Below are positions 22,881-35,430 of a stretch of DNA of 64,000 nucleotides, piece by piece. The translations under genes and the position numbers were made by a program. Where the stretch lies: positions 1,426,001 through 1,490,000 of the forward strand of contig MU057701.1 in assembly GCA_013265495.1 (NCBI GenBank), written 5' to 3'. Each line of letters starts with the position of its first letter. Positions within the stretch are counted from its first letter, which is position 1. The notes beneath the pieces are model-generated. The model was not told where the DNA came from. It was given only the letters and a program-made list of their open reading frames with translations, and did no database searches. The stretch comes from Vicugna vicugna. Lineage: Eukaryota.

Positions 22881-23755
22881 CTTGTAATTAGTTTATCTCA
22901 CTATAGTACAAAACCCCGAAACTTTAGAAACCACAGGACGCAGGTAATGCCTAGCCTGCTTGAGATATTCTGTGCCAGGAGCTAGGCTAGGAGCTGAGGA
23001 AATAAAGGTGTTAAACTAGCTTTGCCCCTGAATTTAACGTAGACTATACTATACCTGTAGAAAAAGCATGTTTGAAAGCGCGCTGATGTGCAACCAAAAG
23101 CTGCCTTTGTGATGAATTCGCCTCGTGACCTTGATCACTTAGCCTTTCTGAACCTCAGTTTGTGAAAAACAGGAAAATCAAAAAAGTAAGTGTTGTAAGG
23201 ATTAAATGAATTAATGTCAACCGCCTGGCACACTCTGAGTAGTAAACGAATATTTGTTTTTAAAGGATTGGTATGACGTGGAAGAATTATGTGACTGCTA
23301 TACTGTAATAAATGCTAAAATAGAGCTATAAGCAGCCTACTTTGGAAGCCCAAAGGAGAGAAGGCCTAACTTTGGGAAAGATGAAAGTACTTCTAAGTAC
23401 TGAGCTTATGTAGTGAGCCAGGCCTATTTCTCACAAGTGGGCAGGAAGAATATTCCCCTGCCCGCTGGGTTTGATTTACTGGGAGAGGGAACAGAAAACA
23501 GACCAGCACAATATCTGGTTATCTTTACGTCCTTTGCATGTTTTTCGTGGGAATTCTTTTCCTTTTTTTCTCTTAACTTTTAATAAGGAAAGTATATTGT
23601 TTGTTTGTTTTGTAATAATGAAAGCATTTCAGCCTGAGTTTGTAGTTGAATAAGATTCTTACCTTCCTTATTTTCTACACAGTCTTTATTTAAATTTAGA
23701 AATTCCTCCTTGATCCAAAACAGTAATTATTTTGGCAAGTGTTTTGTAACCTCTA

Positions 23756-24069
23756 TATTGACTTTAAAAAAGAACAAAAGGCATAGCATAAGAGCTGTGC
23801 ACTGAGTGTACTGAGTGTCTTACTGAGAAATATAGCATGAAACACAGCCCTCAGACAGCTCTGAGAAGAGGTGAACTGAAGGAGATAACTGAGGGGCCAG
23901 GATATATGTGATTTTTTTTCCCCCTGGGATAAAAACATGTAATCAAACATCAAGGATGATTGCTAATCACAAAGAACAGATATTTCAAGGCACACTGTGA
24001 GTGACTGCAGTGGCTCATGGCTTGATCCTTGCAGAACTGGAATGGCAGGTAACATTTTTTTTCTTTACA
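23756..24069 (-). mobile_element. ERV LTR remnant (tentative)
   Basis: Ends in ...tctttaca (TGTAAAGA on minus); cagccctcagacagctctgag motif recalled from artiodactyl LTRs. Confidence 0.45.
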
Positions 24070-24375
24070 ATGATTATTTTTGTTACTGTTTAAACTTTTC
24101 TTTTTAATTTTGAAATTTATGACATTGTGGTAGTTTCTACATTGGGAAATGAATTAATGTTTTCTTTGTGGCCTAGAATATGATCTGCTTTTATGAATGT
24201 TCCACAGATTCTTGAAATGAAGATGTTTTCACAATCAAGTGCAGATATTGACATGAAATGTTTATTAATTCAACCTTAGTTGTAATTATATTGTCCACAT
24301 CTCTGTGTATTTTATACTTGATTGGTAGTGTACATACTGTCATTGATTAATAGTGATATGTTAAGATTGTGCTTC

Positions 24376-24777
24376 AAATACCAAAAGCAGGCAAGGATGC
24401 AAAGCAACAAGAACTTCATTACTGTTTGGGAATGCAAAATAGTACAACCATTTTGGAAAAAAGGCTGGACAGTGTCTTGTAAAGTTAAACATACACTTAC
24501 CAAATGATGTGACCCAGCAATCAGTCCCTGGGTATTTACCCAAGAGAATGAAAATTTATGTTCATACAGAATCCTATACGTGAGTGTTTATAACATTATT
24601 CATAATCGCCTAAAACTAGAACCACCTAAAAGCCCTCAGTGGGTGAATGGGTGAATGGTAAGCAGTTGAGATACTGCTATACAACGGAGTGCTACTCAGC
24701 AATAAAATAGAATGAACTATGGGTACATGGTGCACTATGAAGAATCTCAGAGGCGGGAAGGGAGCCATTTTCAAAAG
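24376..24777 (+). mobile_element. Old L1M 3' region, left part (interrupted by the COX6B1 retrocopy)
   Basis: ggcaaggatg..gggaatgcaaaatagtacaaccattttggaaa..gacccagcaat..gaatctca. Confidence 0.8.
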
Positions 24778-25240
24778 CCACGATGGATTGGTGTCTTTGC
24801 TGAAGGTCACACTGAGCTTCCAGCAGCTTAGGGGTGTCTTTAGGGGTCAGCACTATGGCAGAAGGCATCAAGACCAAAATCAGGAACTCCCAGACTGCCC
24901 GCTTTGACAGCTGCTTCCTCAACCAGAACCAGACCAGGAACTGCTGGCAGAACTACCTGGACTCTCACCACTGTGAGAAGGCAGTGACTGCTAAGAGGGG
25001 GATGTCTCCGTGTGCTAATGGTACCCGTGTGTGCACAAGTCCCTCTGCCACATGTCCTGGGTATCAGCCTGGGATGACCGCCTGGTAAAAGGCACATTTT
25101 CTGAAAAGATCTGAACTGGCTCCACCCCACCTCCTCTCCCTTTGTCCTTCTCCCCGGGGTGGTGAAGGGGAACCTGGGTACACGGTGATCCCCACCCTGG
25201 GATCCTGAATCATGGCTTAACTAATAATAAATACTCATTG
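24778..25240 (+). pseudogene. COX6B1: COX6B1 processed pseudogene (cytochrome c oxidase subunit 6B1); former CDS 24855-25114
   Basis: Intronless [49 protein letters not shown], then a 1-nt loss in a G run, then [36 protein letters not shown]; 260 nt versus 261 expected for 86 codons plus stop; AATAAA 25226-25231. Confidence 0.93.
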
Positions 25241-25550
25241 GAAGAACAAAGGCTGTGTATGTGTAAAAGAGTTGGGTGATCAGGCTGGAAGATGGGATGG
25301 AATTAGTGCCTTGACCAGTAAGAAGGACTAAATTCAGGGTGGGTTTTTTTCTTTTTCTTAATTTTTCTTTTAATAAGCTTTGACCACCTCTTTTTTACCA
25401 GACAACAGAGTGAGTGATTATACAAAATAACCTCAAGTTCCTGTGTGTGCTAAAATTTATCTGTATGTTCTCCTTTATTATCTGTACAATTTTGAAAAAC
25501 ATGTTTTGAACCACATGAAAATAGTATAATAAAAACTCTTATATACCCAT

Positions 25551-25830
25551 AAAAAAAGATGCTATGATTCCATTTATATGACATTCTTGAAAAGACAAAA
25601 CTATAAGGATAGAGAATAGATCAAAGAGCTTTCAGGCAATTCAGGGTGTGGAGAGCATTTGACTACAAACAGCAGCACAAAGTCATTTTTTAGGGTGAGA
25701 GAAATTTTCTGTGTCTTGATTGTGGTAGTGGCTACATGACTTTATGTAGTTGTCAAAATGCAGAACTGTTCACCCAAAAGATTTCATTTTACTGTATAAA
25801 ATTTTTTGACAAAAAATTAAAGTTAAAAAA
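25551..25830 (+). mobile_element. Old L1M 3' region, right part
   Basis: tatgattccatttatatgacattcttgaaaagacaaaactata..tcttgattgtggtagtgg; continues the 24376-24777 fragment. Confidence 0.8.
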
Positions 25831-26288
25831 TACACTTCAGTCATTTTCCTTGATTGTTTCTATTTAGTATTTGTGCATTTTGAGGCTATGCTCTTTATTC
25901 TTATTATGGTTTATAGCTGACAATACTTCCATCAAGGCTTACATAGATCTATGTATAAAATAACATTCTAAGCTATTTGTGTCTTTCCTTGAGTTCTGAT
26001 TTATCTTACATTAGCATTACTACTCATGTCTCTTTTTGTTTGTGTTTGTCTGATATAACTGCCTGTCCATTTTTTTTGTATCTTTTTTTTCACTTGTAAA
26101 ATTATTTATTTATTTGTTTGTTTTGATTTACCATGTTATATTAATTTCTGGTGTACAGCATAGCATCCATTTATTTTCTTAACCTTTCCATATTATTTTG
26201 CTTTTAGTGTTCCTTTTATATGAAGCGTATGATTGGATTATAGTGTTTATCCTAATGTGACAGTATTTGCCTTTTAAAAATTCACTTA

Positions 26289-26845
26289 AAGATACATGCA
26301 CCCCAATGTTCATAACAGTACTGTTTACAGTAGCTAAGACACAGCTAACCCAAGTGCCCAACAACAGACAAATTGTTTAGAGAGATGTTGTATGTATATA
26401 TATACACACACATACACACGCACAAACACAATACAGCCATAAAAAAAGAATGAAATATTGCCATTTGCAGCAACATGAATGGACCAAAAGAATATTATAC
26501 TTAGTGAAATACGTCAAAGACAAAGACTATATGATGTGGCTTATATGTGGAATCTAAAAAATTATACAAATGAATGTCTATACAAAACAGAAACAGACTC
26601 ACAGACATAGAGAACAAACTTATGGTTACCAAAGAGGAAGGGACAAATTAGGAGTATGGGATTAACAGATACAAACTACTACACATAAAATAGATAAGCA
26701 ACAAGGATTTATTGTATAGCATAGAAAACTATACCCAATATCTTGTAATAACCTGTAATGGAATATAATCGTCAAAAAAAAACAAATCACTATGCTCTAC
26801 ACTTGAAGCTAATACGATAGTGTAAATCAACTGTGATTTTTTAAA
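26289..26845 (+). mobile_element. Younger artiodactyl-type L1 3' end
   Basis: agatacatgcaccccaatgttcat..gccatttgcagcaacatg..acagactcacagacatagagaacaaacttatggttacc. Confidence 0.85.
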
Positions 26846-26879
26846 TTCTTCTTAAATTTTGATTTTGAAATATCTGCAT

Positions 26880-27560
26880 ACAAAGAGTACATATAAACTA
26901 TATGTGTGATTTGGAGATTGTTAATAAATTGAATATTCATATACTCACCACTTAGTTTAAGAGAAATGACATCATCAGTAACTTTGAAGCTCGCTTTTTG
27001 CCCCTTCTGATTACTTTTCCCTCCCTCACTCTCAGAGAAATCCTGTACTGAATTTTGAGTTTGTCTGGTTTTTCCTTTTTTTTTATACTTTTGCTTCACA
27101 CATTTGTATGTTATTTAGTTTTCCTGACTTTGAACTTTATAGGAATAGAATATACTGTATATATTCTTCTGTGACTTACTCTTTGTATTGCTTAATATTG
27201 GTGATGTTCAAGTTGTGGTGTGTGATGCAACCGGGTTCACTGCTGTGTAGCATCCCAGGACACAATTACACTGCAGTTTATACATCTCTTAGGTTAGATG
27301 TTTACAATGTCTTCTAGTTTTTAATATTTCAAACAAAGCTGCTCTGAACCTTTTTGTGTGCATGCAGAAGTTCCTTTGGGGTATGTACACAGACGCAGAA
27401 TTGCTGGGTAGGCCCATTTCTAACTTTCTAGATAATACCAATTATTTCGCAAAGTGGTTGCTATAATTTGCACTCCCACATTGGCCTACAGTCTCACCAA
27501 TTCTTGATATTGTCAGACTTTTTATATGTTTGCACTATGGTGAGTGTAAAATGATTTCTT
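26880..27560 (-). mobile_element. Degenerate L1M fragment, antisense
   Basis: gaattgctggg..caaagtggttg..aatttgcactccca..tctcaccaa..ttgatattgtcagacttt. Confidence 0.6.
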
Positions 27561-28004
27561 TATCATTGGCCATGTCTTGTCGATTTAGGCCTCTTAGAAA
27601 TGCTGAATCAGCATTTTAATCAGGGTTTATTGGCTGTAAGTGATGGAAACCCAACTCAAACTAGCTTGAGTAAATAGGGGAAGGTTTGGTTAAATCGGGA
27701 AAGGAGAGCAAGTATTTTAAGAGGAAGGACGTGGAAGTTGCCAGGCCTCTTCCAAGCTGATCTCAAGCCAGCTAGAATCAGAACCCAAGCTTGTCCAGGG
27801 CTCCTTGACTGCACTGGGGCTTCTTTTTACGTGTCAACCTTTTCCTTTTGTATTGGCTTTCTTTACAGAATGGAGACAGCTCCTGGGCCTCATACCTCCT
27901 AGCTTTGCCGGTAGAAAGGAAAGGAGTCTCTTTTTGTGGCTCTGGTTGGAGCCAGATTGGGTATAAGCCTACCCATGGGTCAAGTAAAGGTGGTCAGGTG
28001 GGTA

Positions 28005-29166
28005 GCTGTTTTGGTCAACTATTATTGTGTAACAAACCAGTCCACAACTTAGTGGTTTAAAACAGTAGCCATTTTATTATTTCTCACAGTTCTATGGGTT
28101 AACTAGACTTACTATCCAAAAACTGGGTTCGCCTTTTGGTGGGTGTCAAACCGAAAGACAAAACCAAGCCAAAGATCGGAGGATTTATTACTTCAGCAAG
28201 TAAGGAGAACACCTGGCATCTTACACAAAGCAGTGTCCCAGAACAGCAAAGTTGGGGAAGTTTTAAGCAAAGGGACACCCATATTTGGGAAGGGGCTTGA
28301 TAGAGGAGAATTCAGCATAGAACTGGGGTAAAGTTTGACAGAGTCCGGGCTGTAGTTGATTGAAGTCACAATGATCAGAAAAGATCAACATCATTCCTTA
28401 GGTACCGAATCAGTCTGGGGTCTTAGCTTTAACCACTGCCCTCCCCACTGGGCGGGGCCCTTACTTTGGGCCGAACTCAAAGTCGCAGATCAGGTTGTTC
28501 TGTATGTCCCCTGAGGAGGAGCTAGGACTCTCTTATTGCTGAACTATTGTTTCTTTCTATTGCTTTTCCTTTGTTCCTTCCCTCACTTCCCTTAAAATCA
28601 TTCATTACTGAGACTTGTTCAAGGGCAAGCATCGTGGCCATGCTTAGATCACAGAATGACTCAGGCCAGTTCTCTTACATCAAGAAAGCTATGCCTGGTT
28701 CTCTTTCTCTGGAGACCCCCTATCCTATCTGCTTACAGTCTCAGCTAAGAGGGTCTTCCGTTCCATGTGGTGTTGACTGAGGTCACCGTGGGGCTTGGCT
28801 GGTCTGGAACACCCAAAATAGCTCACCTAGATGGCAAGCAGCTGGTGCTGGCTGGCAGCTGGGAGCTGTTGATTAGAACAACCCCATTCTCCATGTGGTC
28901 TGTATGTGGCTTGGGCTTCTGCCAACAAGGCAGCTTGGTTCCAAGAGGGAGCATACGAGAGAGTATGCTAAGAGGAAGGAAATGGTAGTTGCCAGGCCTC
29001 CTAACCATGGGCTGGGAAGTCTCAGAATGTCACATCTGGTCAAAGCCAGTCACAGGGCCAGTCCAAAGGGAAGAGAAATAGCTCTCCCTTTTGATGGGAA
29101 GAGCAGCATGTGCATATATGGAGGGAAAATATTGTTTGGGGCCATCTTTGGAAAATCGCTACCGCA
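28005..29166. mobile_element. MLT1-type MaLR LTR split by a nested ERV LTR
   Basis: tgtgtaacaaacca..acttagtggtttaaaaca..tctcacagttct before 28108; resumes at 28738 through aaagccagtcacagggccagtcca..ggccatctttgg. Confidence 0.65.
28109..28737 (-). mobile_element. ERV1-type solo LTR, antisense
   Basis: Minus strand starts TGTAAGCAGATAGG and ends with a gcgaacccag motif also present at the end of the LTR at 29297-29825. Confidence 0.65.
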
Positions 29167-29296
29167 GTAGATTAAAATGATTGGCTTCGCCTGGGCAGGT
29201 GCACATTAGGGGAGAGTCAACGCCACCTGGCATGACTGCCCCTCTTACAAGGTTGGCCCTGATTCCTGCTCGCTTGCTCCCTCCGGGGTCTGGCAG

Positions 29297-29825
29297 TGAT
29301 AACAGCTGAAACCAAGCAGGTCCCAGGAATTAGGGAAGTGAAAGAAGGCAGAAACAGGAAAAGCAGTTAAACAAGAAAAATAAACAATTAAAAAAAAAAA
29401 CCAGGGATAAAACAGAGTCCTGGTTCCTTTTCAGGGGATACACATGACAGTCTGACACATATCTTTGAGTTGTTCTACAGGAACTAAGACCTCGCTACCC
29501 ACACCCAGGTGGAGGACGGTGACTGCATGCAGAACACAGGCAGGTAGACCCCAGAAGGATGGTTAAGATTCCTGCAACTTCACCCTACCTCACCGCCAAC
29601 CAATCAGGAGAAAGTCATGCCCCCTGCAGCCCTCACCCCAAATGTTGCCTTTAAAAACCCTTCCCTGACAGCCATTGAGGAGTTCATGTCTTCTGAGCAT
29701 GAGCCACCCATACTCCTTGCTTGGCGCCCTGCAGGTAACACTGTGCTTTCCTTCACCACAACCCCGTATCAGTAAATTGGCTTTGCACCAAAGCGGTCAG
29801 CGAACCCAAGTTCAGCTCGGTTACA
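29297..29825 (+). mobile_element. ERV1-type solo LTR
   Basis: TG...ttaCA ends, internal CCAAT (aaccaatca), TATA-like tttaaaaaccc, agtaaa signal, gcgaacccaagttc terminal motif. Confidence 0.7.
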
Positions 29826-29999
29826 CGGTCCCTTGAACACAGTAAACATTTGATAACTTGTTGTTGAATTCCTTCTTCTGAATCTTCTTGTTTGTGTAAC
29901 TGTGCTGGTCAAATGTTTTCCATTCTGCCTTGACAAGAAGATCTCTGGTATTAGCCCTGGTCCCTCCTTCCTTTTCTTGCTGTCGATTAAGACCTAAAC

Positions 30000-30540
30000 A
30001 CACCCTTGTTAACAGTCTCATCATGTCTCTCCAGTGCCTGTCTTTTGCCCTAACGCTCCTGAAAGGTAACTTCAGTCCTGCCTCACTCTGCTGCCTGCCA
30101 GAGAAAGCCCAGCCTGACTCCAGCGCCCCCACACGCCGGCCCACCCTGCCTGCCTGCCTCATCTCCACCTGCTCCTCCTTGCACAAGCCCAGCACGAGCT
30201 AACTGATGAGTCTGCTGGGGCTTCCACAGTGCTTTCCTTTCTCCCTGGAATATCCTTCTCCCTGTCAGCTCTGACTAAAGGCCCAGCCCAGATACCACTT
30301 CTTCCATGAAGCCCTCCCTGCTCTACCCATCCCACTCCCTTCCTTCTGCCAGACCCATCTCTCTCTTGAACACCATACTTCTGTTTCTGACTTTATTCTC
30401 ACCTTCTTTCACTTTTCATAGTTGGCCCTGTACATTGGTTCCCTCTGCACATGTCCTACCACCTTTGGTATCAATCCTTTGCACTCAGGAGCCCTCGATG
30501 ATACTTGTTGAAAGAATGAACGAATATATGAATGAATGAA
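30000..30540 (+). mobile_element. LINE-2 fragment
   Basis: cctggaatatccttctcc..tccatgaagccctccctg..ttgttgaaagaatgaacgaatatatgaatgaatgaa tail. Confidence 0.6.
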
Positions 30541-32253
30541 TGGTAGCCATCCCTGTAGAGGTCAGAGAGGAGGTCATCGGCAAAATGAAGCTGATGAAAT
30601 TTCAGCTGAAGTGTCTTTCTGCTCTAAAATTTGGTTACGTCTGTGAATGAGCTCTTAGGAAGAAGGGAGAGAGAGAACAGGTAAGATTTATATCTCGAGC
30701 CTTAAGAAACCCAGTCTGCAAGGAGGAGAAAGCAGAGAGACAGGAGGAAAGCCAGAAAGTGGTAATACCCAAGGAGGAGAAGTTCAAGAGAAAAAGAACT
30801 GTTCACCTACCTGAACTGAAGAATGGCCCGGGGTCAAAAGTGAAGGAAACCCACCGGGATTTTACAGGAGGAAGAACATTTATGAGCTGCTTGAGAGAAG
30901 TTCCCAGAGCACTGTGTGGAAATAAGCCAGACCCCAGGGGATGAGGAGGGACTGGCCAGTGAGGAAGTGGAGTTACTGTGAGAGGTCGGCCATTTCCACA
31001 TTGGCACCGAGCTAGCCCTTTGATAATATGAGTATACGACAAGCTGGTGCCATTATGGTGGCGTATAGACTTGGCACAGATAGGTGTAAAATACAGCAAC
31101 TCAGACTGAACTTCCTCCCAGAGCAGAAACCCCAGGGGAAGGAAAACTCACTCTTCTCTCCCAGACGGCTGCTCTGTTCTTTTTGTTGGTGGTTCTTTCG
31201 CACAGCCAACCCCCAGGTGAGATGAGGAGACTTAACGTGTTATTTGAAGTAATACCCCTTATCACTACATATTTGTACAAACTTCTGGTGGTTAACAGTA
31301 TTCCAGGGACAGGCCAATCAGGGCTCCTGCCTCACTACATTTCCAGGTTACATAGTGGTACCTTGTCATCATGCTGGCGGAGGGGAAAGAGTAACTACAG
31401 GCTAGTGGTGGAATGTGTTGTAGCATCTGTAGTTGCTTTGACAAACTCTGAAGTTACATAGACAGAGTTCTAATCCAGGTTGTGCCTCTTACGAGGTATA
31501 AGTTACCTGCCTAGCTATTAACCTTTTAAAATTTCAGTGTATCATCTGTAAAATGGGGTTGAGAACACCTAGCTCACAGAACTGCTGTGCGGATGACGTG
31601 ATGGGCCTTTGAAATGTGCGTTTGCACTTTTCCAAACAATAGCCAATAGCCAATAAATCTTGACTAGGATAAGAAACAATCGTTTTTGCAGGACAAGAAA
31701 GTGTGCAGTAGGTTGGCTTCCGTGCTAAAGAGAAGTTCTTCAGAGAGAGTGTCACAATCTTTTCAAATCCAGTCATCCGAGAACAGGAAGAAAATTCTAT
31801 TTACCTAAGAACCAAAGTGCTCACGGCAACAGTGGCGGCTTTTAAAATTTTTTTTCTCTTAAAAAATTAGGATGTGAAGGAGATAAACATTTAGCTTGCT
31901 ACCAGAGACTCTTGCTTCCTCGTTTTACTTATTTCTTAACTACCCCCTACATGAGCTGTAAGTTCAAGTGTGTTTGGGAGCAGCCGCTGCAGCAGCAGAT
32001 CACAAAAAAGAAGTCAAAACAGACTTACTGGTTAAAGACACTGTCCTTTGAGACAGTACAGGAGCTTTCAGCCATGACCTCCCCTTCTGGTTTTACCAGC
32101 TTTTCCTTTCAAGTCTCCTTCAAAAGGAACTGCCCTCTCACTAAATAGCCATCTGCAAACCAAGCTCACAAACATTTTTAAATGAAATTTTGAAGGGTTT
32201 TTAGACAGAATTAAGACAGGCACAGACTTTGGAAGGCTGGATCATAATCTCTT

Positions 32254-32267
32254 CCACTAGAGGGCGA
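32254..32267 (+). promoter_or_regulatory. CTCF motif CCACTAGAGGGCGA
   Basis: Near-consensus CTCF core about 2.6 kb upstream of the ERN1 start. Confidence 0.6.
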
Positions 32268-34339
32268 CATTTGCTAAAATAAATAAAGGGGATTAATGGC
32301 CACAGGAATTAACACCGGACATTGTGAGTGAGCTGGATTCCAGGATCTTGGCTGCCCTTATCACCTGCGGAAACTGGAAAACCAACAGTCTCCACCCCAC
32401 AGGGCTCCACCCCTGGAGATTCTGAATCAGTAGAGGGAAGAGGGCATGAAAAGGTTGGAAATCTGTTTTTTAAAAACTCTCCAAGTTTGGGAACCACTGA
32501 TTTAGAGAGAAGTGAAAATAAGATTTTAACTCACTTTCTCCCCCCACGCCCCTCCTCCCCCCACCCCTGACATATTCAGGTCCTGCCTACTCCAGTTTTT
32601 GTTGGGGGCAAAAAAAAAAAAATATATATATATATATGTATGTATGTATGTGTGTGTATACACATATATATTTCAACCTTAGTGGAAAAAGAGGGCTTAT
32701 CTTTACACCAAGACTATGACCTTTGCCTTGTTTAGAAGATGCTATTTAATACAACTTCCAGAAAGGTCATTTAATCCCCATTTTCAGGTGTTTTATATGG
32801 GCAGGTCCACTTAAAAGGCACGCTACAAAGTATTTCCATTTCTCTCTGTTTTTATCAGTGATGCCCGCTTTTGCTTCATCATAAGCAAAAAGCTGTGTAA
32901 AACAGTACTTGACTATAGAGCAAGACTCTGGTCAATGCTGCCATAAATAAAACCAGAGCTTATCAGTAAGTCAAATGGAGAAGTGCACAAGACATGTGAA
33001 CTGATTAAGCATAAGAACCACCTAACTGGTGCATAAGAAATTCTGAAAACATGTAACAGTGTGGTTAAGGCTTGGAGATTTGGTCTGAGTACAAGATAAA
33101 TATACCTACCTGGCCCAGGGTCCTTGGAACAGAGTTTTTTTTCCTTATTGGATCTTTAAAGTTGATTTATGAGTCAGATTGAGGTAAGCATTCCCCTTTG
33201 TGTTTCTTCTGCTGTGCTTACACGATCACAGTGACATTTTGAATTGTAGAAGGGCTGCTAGAGTTCCAGCAAAGAAAGTTCCCCTCCTAGACTTACTCTA
33301 CTGGAGAAAAATCACTAAAGAAGGGATGTGAAAGCAGCGTTTTCCAGTCAAGCTTCTCTTTTAACTCAGCCCTTACAGATCTTGTTGTCAGCTTGCAAAT
33401 TGGAGCTCTCCCACTACCTGTGGGCTCTTCCCTGGACACTTGGGCCACACTGCTCAGGAGTGAAGGAGCTTCTGTTTCTGCACATCCCTCATCAATTCCA
33501 AACCTCTCCATTTGCATTCAGACATGTACATAACACTATTCAAAATGTATCTACCACTTTCACAGTTGCCAACACTTGTCCTTCTCTTAAACTGGTGTAT
33601 TGGATTCTCCAGCAATGGCGGGGGTTAGTCTCTTGACTGTGATTCAGGCATATTAGGTTGGGAATGGGGAACTCTGTTGATGGGATTTTGGTTTACTATG
33701 AGCATTTCTGCCTGCTGTAGTGGGTTAGGATTGACTCACATGCACTCAGACCAGACATTTGGTCAATTCCCTACTACTTCTTTGTTTTCTCTATCATTGC
33801 TTACTCCTTTCCCCCAAAACTGAAAAAAAATCTTAAGCTGTCATGTGACCAAGTCAGGAAAATTAAGAGAAATTGCTATCCTTGTTTTTCCTCCTAGCAT
33901 ATAGAAATGTTGTGTTCTGAACCTTAGTTTACTCTCTTGTTACAATGTCCTCTCTCCCAGCTTCCATCTCAGTGTAAAGCAGCAAGGGACCGAATGACCA
34001 AAGAGCTGCCTGGCTCCTTAAATTAGCTTAATAGCCCATAACCTTCAAATAGACCTTGTATGAGTCCTCAACAAAACCATTCCCTAAAATGAGTTGTGAC
34101 ACATGTCAAGCTTCACAAGGTCACATCTACAAATGCCACATAAACACACATGACACCAGCAACTGAAATGATTTCTTTCCTGGCTTGTAATTTTTGGCGA
34201 ATGACTTGGCCATGGTTATTCCAAAAGGAACTGATGGCTGTTGGATATGATTGGAGGGGAATTTCTGAGGGCAAAGAAAGGGAAGAAAGGGACCTTCGGA
34301 CTAGCTGAGGCGCAGCTGGAGGACCCCTGGGTTGTGAAC

Positions 34340-35430
34340 TCAGAGACAGCCGGGCGCAGAGCAGAAGCGCCGGGTTTTCTGGAATCCCCTGCCAGCTGTT
34401 GACCCTCGCTGGGGGTGGGGTGGGGGGTCGCCGACGATTCCACCGCGGCAGGACTACGAAGTGGGGACTCTGGATACTAGGCACCGCCAGTTTCCAAGTC
34501 TTGCCCCTGATCAAGTCTGACGCAGCGGGTACCTCGGCGGGGTCAGTGGGACTGCTTGGGGCAGAAAATGCGCCGGCGTGGCGGGGTTGCTGGCTTTCCC
34601 CAGCCCTCAGACAAGCTCCTCGCCTCGATCACTGAGCGCCCTCCGGCGCGGAGCGCAGAGGCCTGGTCCACCTCTGCCGCAGCCGCGGCTGCAGGACGCA
34701 GGGCCAGTCGGAGGCCAGCACCGCCCTTAGCACCGCCCACAACCCCGCCCCTCCCACCACAGCCCCATCCCCAAGCTTGGGCCTCTCCCAGCCTCAGGCC
34801 CGCCCAGAAGCGCCGGCACCAGGCACTTATAGGGTCGGGAATGGGGGTGCCGCCACCGCCTAGTCGGCTCTGCGTCCGCTGAATCCCGGCAGCCGCCGCG
34901 TTGTCGTCGCGGCGCCCCCGCCCGTCTTCTGCCCGCCCGCCTGCCCGCACCGCCCCCTGGAGCCGGCCGGCCCGGCCCGGAGCCAGGGCCGAGTCCTCGC
35001 CATGGATGCCCGGCTGCTGCTGCTGCTGGCGTTGCTGCTGCCCGGCCCCGGGGTGAGTGACCGGGAAGCTTGGGGTAGGGGACAGCGCAGGGCGGACCGG
35101 GGTCCGAGCCGGGAGCGTGGCGGCGGCAGCGGCCCGAGGTCTGGTGCGCCTCGCCGGAGGCGGCGCTGGGCAGGAGCGACGGCCTCCAGACCGGCAGGAG
35201 TGGCGGCCACGGCCGGCCCCGCCGAGGCGTCCACCACCCAGGGGCCTCGCTGGCCAGCGCGGCTGTCACCAGCAGCGCCTCCCGGGCCGCGTGCTCTATG
35301 TTGCAACTTTGTGTCGCTCTGGCGGCATCTGGGAGTCTCCAGAAGGCCCCGGGTCCTTGGGAGGCGGCCCCACCTGCCGGACCCTTCCCACAGGTGGGCG
35401 CCGGCTCTGCCCGGCGGTGGCCGAGGAGGA
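34340..35430 (+). promoter_or_regulatory. ERN1: CpG island / ERN1 promoter and 5' UTR
   Basis: Very high GC and CpG density, several GC boxes, TATA-like TTATAG 34827-34832; 5' UTR from about 34858 resembles recalled ERN1 mRNA leader. Confidence 0.88.
35002..35052 (+). CDS. ERN1: ERN1 (IRE1-alpha) exon 1 coding part, signal peptide MDARLLLLLALLLPGPG
   Basis: Kozak GCCATGG, Leu-rich hydrophobic core, donor GGG|GTGAGT at 35053, phase 0. Confidence 0.95.

Noticed and set aside
24834..25088. 84-aa ORF as a functional COX6B1 paralog
   Set aside because: Frameshift and in-frame stop remove the C-terminal half including conserved cysteines; it is a pseudogene
34841..34882. Possible ERN1 uORF MGVPPPPSRLCVR*
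   Set aside because: The ATG is only about 10 nt after the TATA-like motif and probably upstream of the transcription start (~34858)
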